Below are positions 29,058-37,637 of a stretch of 64,000 bases of DNA, piece by piece. The DNA comes from an uncultured virus (IMG/VR IMGVR_UViG_3300003402_000002) (lineage: Duplodnaviria; Heunggongvirae; Uroviricota; Caudoviricetes): positions 1 to 64,000 of IMG/VR virus record IMGVR_UViG_3300003402_000002; one strand, written 5' to 3'. The position numbers were made by a program, and so were the translations under genes. The notes under the pieces are model-generated. The model saw nothing but the letters and a program-made list of their open reading frames with translations, was not told where the DNA came from and searched no databases. How positions within the stretch are numbered: position 1 is the first letter of the stretch; each line of letters starts with the position of its first letter.

Positions 29058-31931
29058 ATGTCCGACCGTCACATCGGGTCATACGCCGTCCCTACGGAAG
29101 TCGCCAGTCAGTTTCGACGGTTGACGCCCACGGGACGTCACGCGGAAATCGCGGCCCTGACCTCCAAACTGGTACCCGAGCTTGCTACCCAGCGCTTTGG
29201 TCAAAACTTCGTCATCGGTGGTCATCGTAACCGACCGCTGATCTCTCCCGATATGGGACTACTCCAACGTATTTCCGATATCACCGCTAATGACGTTTCA
29301 GATGCCCAGACGATTTTCCAGCTCTTGCCGGAAACTGAACTGGCGATGCAGATCCTGGTAAGTTCGATCCTGGCACCGAAAGATCTGGTGACCTCGAATG
29401 TTTCTATCACCTTAGGACCTAACCGCTTTAGCAGCGAACTCGGCAGCCAAATGCTAGCTGTCGTGACCGATCACTTTGAGAAGATCTACAAGATTAGCGA
29501 TCTGTTGAAGCCCAGTTTGGACGATGCGTTGTTCCTGACGGGTTCGTATCCACTTCTGATCCTTCCAGAGTCTTCCATTGATCGCGCGATCAATAATCCT
29601 GGTCGGGTATCTTTTGAATCCGTCCGTGACGATATTGATGCTCAGGGTAATGTGCGTAACTTGGGTTTCCTTGGTAACGCTCATAACGACAAGACCGGAC
29701 CGGTAATTAACTTTGGCTTGGAAGACATTAACGGTGCTCGCGCCTACAACCCTAAGGTTACTGAGCTGTGTGTCGATCTCGAGTCGAAACTGGAGATCGT
29801 CGACAACCCTAATCTCTTGAAAGTCAACGCGCTCCAGAAACGGGTCACCGCGGATAAAACCTACCACTTGCTCGGTCGTCGCAAGATGACGGGATTGGTC
29901 TCTACAGAACTCAAAGTTTCCCAGGAGGCCTACACCGCTGCCACCCAGATGGGGTTAGGAACGCCCTACGGTACTGCGACGCAATACCAACCGGTGCAGT
30001 TGATCTCTCCTGCTCACGACATTCGTCGGGCGTCGATCGGTCATCCGTTGGTGATGAAGTTACCTTCCGAAGCCGTGATCCCCGTTCACCAACCGTCCAA
30101 TCCGTCCAAACACCTGGGTTATTTTATCATGGTCGATGCCATGGGTAACCCTGTGAACTCTGCTCGTCAACGTGACTTTTACGCGGATATGGCCAACTCC
30201 CTCAACCCGAACTCGTCCATGGGTTCTCAGTTGATGGCGCAAGCCAAACGCAATATCGAGGGTCAAGCGACGGATCGTCAACACGAGATCGACGAGATGG
30301 CGCGCATCTATGGACAGTTCTTGGAGAAGGAACTGACCGATCGACTCCGTAACGGTATCTACGGTGACCAGGTGGAAGTCACCGCTCCCCAGGAAGTCTA
30401 CCGCGTGATGCTCGCGCGTTCGTTCCAGAACAAACAAACTCGCTTACTTTACGTCCCGGCTGAAATGCTCACGTATATTGCGTTTGACTACAACAACTAC
30501 GGCGTAGGTCAGTCGCTACTTCAGAATTCCAAGATTCTAGGTGGGCTTCGTGTACTGAGTTTGTTTGCTGAAACGATGGCGTCAATTAAGAACTCGATCA
30601 ATCGTACGCGTCTGGGTATTACCCTGGACCCTGATGACCCTAACCCCACCCAAACGGTGGAGTTCTTGATGGGGGAATACGTCAAGACTCGTCAGGGAAG
30701 TTTTCCTTTAGGTGCAACGAATCCTACCGATATCGTTAGTTATCTTCAGAACGCTTCCACTGACGTGGAAGTTCAAGGTAACACCCGTTACCCTGAGACT
30801 AAGCTCGAGATCACCGAGCGTCAGTCACAGCGCGTCAAACCTGACGACACGATGTCCAAAGATCTTCGCGACCGTCATCTGATGGCCATGGGGCTGTCTC
30901 CGGATATGGTAGACGCAGGGGCCAATGCGGAATTCGCTACGTCGGTCTTAGCCAACAACCTCTTGCTGGCTAAACGTGTGTTGACTTATCAGCAGGTCTT
31001 CGAAGGTTTCTTGGAAGAGTTCATCAAGAAATACATTTTGGCAGACGGTGATCTGATGGATCAACTGCGACAGTTGGTGCAGGAATACCATGGTCAGCTC
31101 ACGAAGGATCAGAAAAAAGCCGAAGTTCTGGCGAAAGACGCCAAGACGCAGCGGGCGTTACTGGAAGGCAAGCGGGTGTCGCAAGAATCCATCGACGAAC
31201 AATTGGAGTCTCTGGAAAACATGAACCAGGACGCCGTCGTGATGGAGTTCCTGCAAGCTCTGGAAGTTGCCTTACCTAAGCCGGATATGGCGACGATCAA
31301 GTCGCAGATGGACGCCTACGACACGCAAGAACAAGCTTACGAGAAAGCACTCGATGCTTATATCAACGATGCCTATCTGGAATCAAAGGGATTGGGTAGT
31401 TTGTCTGAGCTCGTCGCTCCGGTCAAGGCAGCAGCCAAGGCCGAACTCCTGCGCCGTTGGTTACGTGAGAATGACGTCTTACCAGAACTCGATGAGCTCT
31501 TGACGGGCGACAAGGACGAGTCACGTGACTTGGCCAAGGACGTTTCCGACCACATGGACTCGATGGGTGATTCACTACTCAAGATCATGTATCGGTTCGC
31601 TCAGCAACGTCAACTCAATGATCCCGCTGTGGTGAAGCTCCAGAAGATCCTAGAAGAGTCGGGGACGGATTTCGGTGGCGGTAGTTCGAGCGATAGCTTC
31701 AGTGCTCCTGATAACTCCGGTGGTGGCGACTTTGGTTCTGGCGAAGACGGTGGTTTCCCTGAGATGCCGGAGATCGGTGGTGGGGAAACAGAAGATAGTG
31801 GTGAGACTACCGAAACGGATACCACGGATACCACGGATACCGACTCGTCGGAAACGAAGACCGAGGAAGATAAGGACAAGTCGTTGGAACCCGGACAACC
31901 ACCGTCATTTGACGACTCAGGATCTCTGTAG
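29058..31931 (+). CDS. portal protein (phiKZ gp129-like)
   Basis: LPETELAMQILVSSILAPKD, GHPLVMKLPSEAVIPVH.P..P..H.GYF, YIAFDYN..GVG.SLL; acidic low-complexity tail. Confidence 0.75.
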   Translation: MSDRHIGSYAVPTEVASQFRRLTPTGRHAEIAALTSKLVPELATQRFGQNFVIGGHRNRPLISPDMGLLQRISDITANDVSDAQTIFQLLPETELAMQILVSSILAPKDLVTSNVSITLGPNRFSSELGSQMLAVVTDHFEKIYKISDLLKPSLDDALFLTGSYPLLILPESSIDRAINNPGRVSFESVRDDIDAQGNVRNLGFLGNAHNDKTGPVINFGLEDINGARAYNPKVTELCVDLESKLEIVDNPNLLKVNALQKRVTADKTYHLLGRRKMTGLVSTELKVSQEAYTAATQMGLGTPYGTATQYQPVQLISPAHDIRRASIGHPLVMKLPSEAVIPVHQPSNPSKHLGYFIMVDAMGNPVNSARQRDFYADMANSLNPNSSMGSQLMAQAKRNIEGQATDRQHEIDEMARIYGQFLEKELTDRLRNGIYGDQVEVTAPQEVYRVMLARSFQNKQTRLLYVPAEMLTYIAFDYNNYGVGQSLLQNSKILGGLRVLSLFAETMASIKNSINRTRLGITLDPDDPNPTQTVEFLMGEYVKTRQGSFPLGATNPTDIVSYLQNASTDVEVQGNTRYPETKLEITERQSQRVKPDDTMSKDLRDRHLMAMGLSPDMVDAGANAEFATSVLANNLLLAKRVLTYQQVFEGFLEEFIKKYILADGDLMDQLRQLVQEYHGQLTKDQKKAEVLAKDAKTQRALLEGKRVSQESIDEQLESLENMNQDAVVMEFLQALEVALPKPDMATIKSQMDAYDTQEQAYEKALDAYINDAYLESKGLGSLSELVAPVKAAAKAELLRRWLRENDVLPELDELLTGDKDESRDLAKDVSDHMDSMGDSLLKIMYRFAQQRQLNDPAVVKLQKILEESGTDFGGGSSSDSFSAPDNSGGGDFGSGEDGGFPEMPEIGGGETEDSGETTETDTTDTTDTDSSETKTEEDKDKSLEPGQPPSFDDSGSL

Positions 31932-31953
31932 AGTCAAAAAAAAAAGAGTGGTT

Positions 31954-32028
31954 AAAAAGAGGGGCCTCCAAAACGGAGGCCCCTTTACTAAAGGCATTCT
32001 TAGGCACGCTTACGCGTGCCTTTATGCC
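31954..32028. terminator. tandem hairpins between convergent genes
   Basis: AGGGGCCTCC/GGAGGCCCCT (31960-31984) and AGGCACGC/GCGTGCCT followed by TTATGC (32002-32027). Confidence 0.65.
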
Positions 32029-32103
32029 GCCTACCTCACCAAAGGTGGTGTGGTGAGCTCGAGAGCTCGGCATTGCGCCCTGCAGAGCGCAAGACCTAGA
32101 TCA

Positions 32104-32394
32104 CTAGCGTTGGCGTCGTGGGCCGTGGCGTTTGGTACGCGATAGTTTAATCCTTCGGGCAATTTGGGAAGCACGGGAGGGAGAGATCTCGAAGGCTACT
32201 CCGATAGCCTCCAGAGTCCATTCCGCTTCGTAGTGAAGGCTGATTGCTTCATCACGCAATCGAACCGCGGTGGTTTGTAAATGAACGATCTCCTTAAGGG
32301 NGCGTCCGGGTAACGTAATGTCCGAGTTCTCAATCGCCCGGATACTGCGTTCAATGAGTCGGGATGCTTGGATTAGATCCTCGGTGATGGACAT
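32104..32394 (-). CDS. small HTH protein, sigma70 region-4-like
   Basis: AISLHY..EWTLEAIGVAFEISPSRASQI followed by a basic tail; GAGG RBS before ATG 32394. Confidence 0.65.
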   Translation of the reverse strand: MSITEDLIQASRLIERSIRAIENSDITLPGRXLKEIVHLQTTAVRLRDEAISLHYEAEWTLEAIGVAFEISPSRASQIARRIKLSRTKRHGPRRQR

Positions 32395-32411
32395 GGTGAG
32401 ACCTCTGAGCA

Positions 32412-32462
32412 GCATACGACCTACCCACTCCGATACGGAGTGGGTAGGTCGTAGCGTTATGT
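32412..32462. terminator. intergenic hairpin with GCATA/TATG flanks
   Basis: 18-bp stem TACGACCTACCCACTCCG/CGGAGTGGGTAGGTCGTA. Confidence 0.75.
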
Positions 32463-32464
32463 CG

Positions 32465-34555
32465 TCAGTTCAGACGGAACGGAGCTTTGTGGATAAGGAT
32501 AGCCTCCAGGTTCAACATTCCTCGTACGAGGGCGTAGACCACCCCATCGCTTGTGGCGATGTACCTACCGCGGTAGACCAAGGGCAGGTCTAGCGTGCGG
32601 TTGAATACAGCCGAGAAGGTTTTGTACAGAGCGTTGTGTGACGTTTCCTTGACCATCACCCCGCTATCGCCAACGTCCAACCCAAGTTCCGAATTGGATA
32701 CCGGCAGTTGAGTCACGGACGAACGCTCGCGCCAGATCAGGACGTTGTCATCGTCCTTCAAGTCAAGCAGCTTGTGAGCGGCAGTCAGGTCGTCGGAGCT
32801 GAAAAACGTCAACGCCTGAAAGATCATCTCTTGGGCACAGTCTTGGAAAGACTCCAACACTTGACGTCCGTGTTTTTCGAGCAGCAGATTCCTGAGATCA
32901 GCGAAGTCTTCGTAGAAACTGTCGATGCTCCAATCCACCAGACCCAACCGTTCTTTCAGGAATCGGTTGATGACTTCCGTCACACGACCGTTCACCGCCT
33001 CGAACAACTCCTTACCTTGGAGGTCATCCATGCTCGCGTGCAGTTTCTGGAAGTCCTTGGATTCCTGCAACTGCGTCAGCTTCACGTAGTCCGGTTCCAG
33101 TACAGTGGTGAGGATCGCCTGATCGACATAGAGTTCGAACGCTCCAGAGTTGATCTCCGGATTGTCAACCTTCAATCGTACCAGGCTACGCTTCACACCG
33201 CGTCCCAGGTCCGTAGTGAGCAGGAACTGATCCGGGGCGGTAGCGGTCACTCCCATACCTTCGCCGTCCTCGTAGAGCGGCTCCGACGTCGCCAGAGGGC
33301 TGGAGGGATTCGGGCGCAGCTGTTCCACCAACTGCCAGGCGGCGGCGACCTTTCCTTGATTGGCTTCCACTTCCACCTGCGCCTTGCGCCGCAGTTCAGG
33401 ATCGAGTTCGTGGTCGAGGTATTCCATCGTGGGCTCCCGTTGGATGGCTTCGTAGGACACCGCACCTTCCGGGGAACGAATCTTGAACAGAATGTGTGTC
33501 TGAGGATCGTACAACGGCGGTGCGGGTTGAGTCGGATCGTAAGTGATCTTCCAGTTTCCATCCTGACGCGACTGATAGACCGGGCGCAGCTGGGTGCCAT
33601 CCTCGAACAACACCCAATCCCACAAACGGTCCAGATCACGGACCTTAGGCCAGGTCATGTCCGTACGAGCAGAGGTAAATACGATGCCGTCCACGAGTGT
33701 CTGATTCGGTGCCATGCGCGGACGTTCCTCTTGCGGTGCGTGAGTGGGAGTGTGGGGGTTGGTGAATTGACGACGGGGACGAACATTCCCCGATCCATCA
33801 AAGCCTTCCGCTTGGGGTTTGGTAGCGGGCGTCGGGCCATCAGCCCAGACCGACGAACCCAGACCAGTATTGCGTGAACCCATGCGGTTTCCCGGCCATC
33901 CGTCTTGGGCAGATTGATACTGCATACCGCCAGCGTTACCACCACCGGTTTGAACGGGTTCATCCCAACGACTGGCGGGTGCTGCGTTGTTACGCTGCCA
34001 ACCCTGCTGACCACCACGACCCATGGCAGCACGCTGGGGTGGTTGCCAACCCCGTTGCGGTGCCGCCGCCCCACCGCCTCGATTACTGTGATTCCAGTTA
34101 CCACGTCCCCCGTTGTAATACATCTGCGCTTCGTTCTTGACACGCTCGAGTTGTCCGATATACGACTTGGACTCCTCGAACATCTGTTGATTCACCACTG
34201 GGGCAAAGTCGTTCTGGTAGGTCTGGACCGCGTAACCCAGGTACGCGTTCACCACCATCCCTACACAGTTGGCCATGCACTGCTCGACTTGACCCGGCCC
34301 GAGTTGCTCGGCGTCGATGTAATAGGACACGACGTTCGCAAAGGACTGAACCACTTCCCCCAGCGCGTTGTTGTCGGACTCCAGCAAGTTCTTGAACAGG
34401 GCCCGGGCTTGGTTCTTTGTCGCCCCTTGCGTGACGTTGGCCAGCACGTAACCGGTGAACAACGGAAGGTAGTCATTCAGATGCGGTGGGACGTCCACAG
34501 GGACGACAAAGGGCGGATTGTGCATCAATCCAGACCCGGCTCGATTATTCCACAT
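32465..34555 (-). CDS. conserved hypothetical protein with central Gly/Arg/Gln/Trp-rich disordered region
   Basis: GGAG RBS before ATG 34555; follows the RNAP subunit in the same operon. Confidence 0.7.
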   Translation of the reverse strand: MWNNRAGSGLMHNPPFVVPVDVPPHLNDYLPLFTGYVLANVTQGATKNQARALFKNLLESDNNALGEVVQSFANVVSYYIDAEQLGPGQVEQCMANCVGMVVNAYLGYAVQTYQNDFAPVVNQQMFEESKSYIGQLERVKNEAQMYYNGGRGNWNHSNRGGGAAAPQRGWQPPQRAAMGRGGQQGWQRNNAAPASRWDEPVQTGGGNAGGMQYQSAQDGWPGNRMGSRNTGLGSSVWADGPTPATKPQAEGFDGSGNVRPRRQFTNPHTPTHAPQEERPRMAPNQTLVDGIVFTSARTDMTWPKVRDLDRLWDWVLFEDGTQLRPVYQSRQDGNWKITYDPTQPAPPLYDPQTHILFKIRSPEGAVSYEAIQREPTMEYLDHELDPELRRKAQVEVEANQGKVAAAWQLVEQLRPNPSSPLATSEPLYEDGEGMGVTATAPDQFLLTTDLGRGVKRSLVRLKVDNPEINSGAFELYVDQAILTTVLEPDYVKLTQLQESKDFQKLHASMDDLQGKELFEAVNGRVTEVINRFLKERLGLVDWSIDSFYEDFADLRNLLLEKHGRQVLESFQDCAQEMIFQALTFFSSDDLTAAHKLLDLKDDDNVLIWRERSSVTQLPVSNSELGLDVGDSGVMVKETSHNALYKTFSAVFNRTLDLPLVYRGRYIATSDGVVYALVRGMLNLEAILIHKAPFRLN

Positions 34556-34606
34556 GGTGATACTCCAGGTAGGCGGGGGTGTTCTAAAGGACACCTCAGG
34601 GTGAGT

Positions 34607-36229
34607 TTACGAATCGCGTTGGATCAGGGCTTGGGTAGGCACCGTGACATCTTTCAACGCAGGATTTTGGAGGATTTCGTTGTCATGGGCGGACAACAAC
34701 GTGAAGGGGTTGAGCTTCGACCGGCCCGTGGGTTCGGCCTTAGACATGCTGTTATAAGACCCCACTTCAGCCACCGAAATATGCAAGATCTTCGATGGAT
34801 CTTCCGTGGAGTTCCGAGTTTTGGTGGTTGCACCGGAGGATGCTTCTTGCAGGACGACGTGAGAGGTCACCTTGAAATACAGGTTGTCCCCGGACACTGA
34901 CACTGCGTTGACTTCACCGTGTTGACGATTCATCCGCATCACGGTATTGGTCTTGAGCGTCTTGTTCATGATCTTGAACAGGTCGTCTTTGGTTAACACC
35001 TTCCGTTTACGATGCGACCCGACGGCGAACATGAACCGATGGATGGCGTACGTGAGATCGGACAGCACGTATTCCAACGTCATCAACTTCTTGCCGTANC
35101 TTGACGACAGTGTGGTGACGGACTGAGACATGTAGTCGTCGTAGGACTCGATCAGGTGCATGAAGAGTTGATACACGTCTTCAATATACACCCCCACATC
35201 CGACAATCGCTTGCGGGTCTGTGGNCCAACGTAGTTGTCGAGGGACCCCATATGCGAGTTGATGTCTTCAGCGAGTTTACCTTCGGAGATACCCGGTCCA
35301 AAGACCATGTACCCCAGGAGAATACGCCACAGGCGCGGCTCGTCGATTTCGTCGGGAGTCACGCGATCCGGAAAATGATCCGCCACGTAGTAAAGACCGC
35401 CCACGAGACTGGCTACGGTCGGTGACCAGGAGTCTTTGGGAATGGCCAGACGGATGTCTGGGCCCACGTAATACTTGTCTCGCACACTGCGAGGTTTGAA
35501 CATCGTCGAACGACAGATCAACCAGTCCTTCGCTGGGTAGGCTTCCGGNGTGATCTCCTGTGCCCCACCGACCACGACTTGGGTGTTGGCGAATTCGGAA
35601 AACACACGCGTCAATCCGTATTTCGCAAACAAGTAATGTGGCAGTACGGTATTGCATCGTACGTCGTTCTTGGAATCCGTTCGGCGGGCTTTCAGTACGT
35701 AATGGTGGACCTTAGAGTACACCACGTCCACGACTTCTTGATTGTCGTTCACGTAAAAGTACTGTGGGACGCGCCGGAATTTCAGGCGATCCCAATCCAC
35801 TTTGACGAACAGATAATCCGGTCCGATCGAAAACGCCTTATCGGTCATCACTGGGGAGATGGCGAAATCCGATCCCCGTAAGGTAATCAATCCCCCACGC
35901 CGCACGAACGGCAAGACGATATACCGAGGTGGTAGCTGTTCGCCGTTGAGTTCGAACAACAGCTTCACCATGTACACATCAGAGCGGGCATGTTCGATCG
36001 TATTGCGTTTACCTGTACGACGAACGTTCTCGAAATACTCCTCTTTGGGAGTACACGGCGCCAAGCGCACAAAAGTCAGTTCCGGACTAAGCTCTGCACA
36101 AGCTGTCCGGAGGACTTGGTCGATGTATTTCTCCACATGCTTCATTTCTTCCGTCGCCAGTCCTTCGACGATACGACGGTTAAAATGCGGTATACGCTTG
36201 TCAACGAGATCAAACAAGACTTTGTCCAT
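34607..36229 (-). CDS. non-virion RNA polymerase beta-type subunit (phiKZ gp123-like)
   Basis: IPHFNRRIVEGLA, SDVYMVK, LPFVRRGG, HYLFAKYG, HISVAEVGS, PTGRSKLNPF motifs; synteny with the capsid gene. Confidence 0.75.
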   Translation of the reverse strand: MDKVLFDLVDKRIPHFNRRIVEGLATEEMKHVEKYIDQVLRTACAELSPELTFVRLAPCTPKEEYFENVRRTGKRNTIEHARSDVYMVKLLFELNGEQLPPRYIVLPFVRRGGLITLRGSDFAISPVMTDKAFSIGPDYLFVKVDWDRLKFRRVPQYFYVNDNQEVVDVVYSKVHHYVLKARRTDSKNDVRCNTVLPHYLFAKYGLTRVFSEFANTQVVVGGAQEIXPEAYPAKDWLICRSTMFKPRSVRDKYYVGPDIRLAIPKDSWSPTVASLVGGLYYVADHFPDRVTPDEIDEPRLWRILLGYMVFGPGISEGKLAEDINSHMGSLDNYVXPQTRKRLSDVGVYIEDVYQLFMHLIESYDDYMSQSVTTLSSXYGKKLMTLEYVLSDLTYAIHRFMFAVGSHRKRKVLTKDDLFKIMNKTLKTNTVMRMNRQHGEVNAVSVSGDNLYFKVTSHVVLQEASSGATTKTRNSTEDPSKILHISVAEVGSYNSMSKAEPTGRSKLNPFTLLSAHDNEILQNPALKDVTVPTQALIQRDS

Positions 36230-36245
36230 GTGGCTCCTCTTGAGG

Positions 36246-37484
36246 TTATACCGATTTGAGTTTCTTATAAGCCGCTACGATAGTCGCTGCGGTGGTGATC
36301 AACGTAGGAATCAGTTTCAGCAGCTCCATACTCTCGCGACGCTCATGACCACTGGCGTCGGAGAATTCCTTGAAGAGCTGCATTTCACGACGGTAGTTCT
36401 GCTCACGTCGTTCGAGTTCGGCCGCCATCAACTTGTTGAGTTGATTAATCCGCTGAAGCTGATACTCGTAACGCATGGTTTCTTGACGCTGGACTTCTTT
36501 CTGAAGATCGAGCTTGGCTTGCTGTTCTGCCAATATCCGTTCTTGTTCGGCTTTGGCTTCTCGAGCGGAGAGTTCATCAAGCTTCAGTTGCTGTAAACGC
36601 TCTTCGTATTCCCGCTTAAAACGTTCTTGAGGATTACCGAGGGTCTGGGCTTCTTTGTACGTCTGATAAAGTCCCAGTTTTTCATCAGCTTCCTCGAAAT
36701 CGTAATACTCCACAAACGTGTTGTGGGGTACAAAATTGGAGGTGGTGCGGTGGGTGGTAATGCAGTACACACCGTCACGTTCTTGGCTGGTATCAGTTAA
36801 TACTTCAACCCCGTGTACAGTACCGTTGATATTGATAAACCGATTACCGAATGCNCCGATGGAGTCTCGGATGTACACTCCGTAGAAGACTCCTTTGCAG
36901 GACATGTCTTCATCNAATGCCTGAGCGTCCCGAAGTCGCTGTCCTCCATAGGACCGCGGATGCGGTGCGGTAGAGGCTTGGTCCAACACCGAGAGTTGCA
37001 AGTCGAGGTTTTGAAGGTAGAGTACTCCACCTTCCTGATCGAAGTCGCTGGCTGGAATGTGATACTCGACCCAGACGCTCTGCACCCCGCCTTGCACCCA
37101 ACGATCTTCGGAAGCCCTTACAGCGTCCATATAGGCCTTGGCCTCTAGCGACGTTGCCTGCCCAAGATCATGGGATAATTCCGTGACGTCGAGATTTACG
37201 TCACTTTGAACGTGTGTCTTGAACCGGATCACAAAGGACGGTTCCACACACGCATCCCGCAATCCTTCTTTAGGACGTTTTCCACTCAAGGGGCGACGTG
37301 GAGGATGCCGAAAAGGAATGATCAGACGTAACCCTGAACGCGTGATCACCGTCACGGGACGGTGGATGTGATTCAAGAACTGGTAAGACAACTCCGCCGA
37401 GCCGCTCACCGCCATATCTTGCCCATCAATGATGGGTATCACTTTGGTACGATACGTTTTAGCGTGAGTCGGTGGTGGGGACAT
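36246..37484 (-). CDS. conserved hypothetical protein (phiKZ gp122-like) with coiled coil and terminal hydrophobic helix
   Basis: LGLYQTYKEAQTLG motif, coiled coil, ELLKLIPTLITTAATIVAAYKK end; lies between MCP and the RNAP subunit. Confidence 0.65.
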   Translation of the reverse strand: MSPPPTHAKTYRTKVIPIIDGQDMAVSGSAELSYQFLNHIHRPVTVITRSGLRLIIPFRHPPRRPLSGKRPKEGLRDACVEPSFVIRFKTHVQSDVNLDVTELSHDLGQATSLEAKAYMDAVRASEDRWVQGGVQSVWVEYHIPASDFDQEGGVLYLQNLDLQLSVLDQASTAPHPRSYGGQRLRDAQAXDEDMSCKGVFYGVYIRDSIXAFGNRFININGTVHGVEVLTDTSQERDGVYCITTHRTTSNFVPHNTFVEYYDFEEADEKLGLYQTYKEAQTLGNPQERFKREYEERLQQLKLDELSAREAKAEQERILAEQQAKLDLQKEVQRQETMRYEYQLQRINQLNKLMAAELERREQNYRREMQLFKEFSDASGHERRESMELLKLIPTLITTAATIVAAYKKLKSV

Positions 37485-37530
37485 AGTTGAACTTTCCTAA
37501 AACCCGTAGAGACTTTAACAGGAGACTACG

Positions 37531-37553
37531 TAGGGATAATTAGGGTGTGAAAG
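37531..37553 (-). promoter_or_regulatory. candidate early promoter
   Basis: TTTCACACCCTAATTATCCCTA; resembles the other TA(T/C)TA(C/T)CC sites in this window; upstream of the RNAP-subunit operon. Confidence 0.4.
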
Positions 37554-37573
37554 ACGTTTGAATCCCACCGGCA

Positions 37574-37611
37574 GCATAAAAAGAGGAGGCCGCCCTAGGG
37601 CGGCCTCCTCT
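37574..37611 (-). terminator. MCP terminator
   Basis: palindrome AGAGGAGGCCGCCCT/AGGGCGGCCTCCTCT followed by TTTTATGC on the minus strand. Confidence 0.8.
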
Positions 37612-37637
37612 CACACACAGTCCAAGTACAACGTCCT

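Noticed and set aside
31815..31841. ACGGATACC x3 microrepeat
   Set aside because: Encodes TDT repeats in the acidic disordered portal tail; ordinary slippage
32708..34900. Long plus-strand ORFs (389 and 331 aa); likewise 46994..48082
   Set aside because: Antisense shadows of well-supported minus-strand genes
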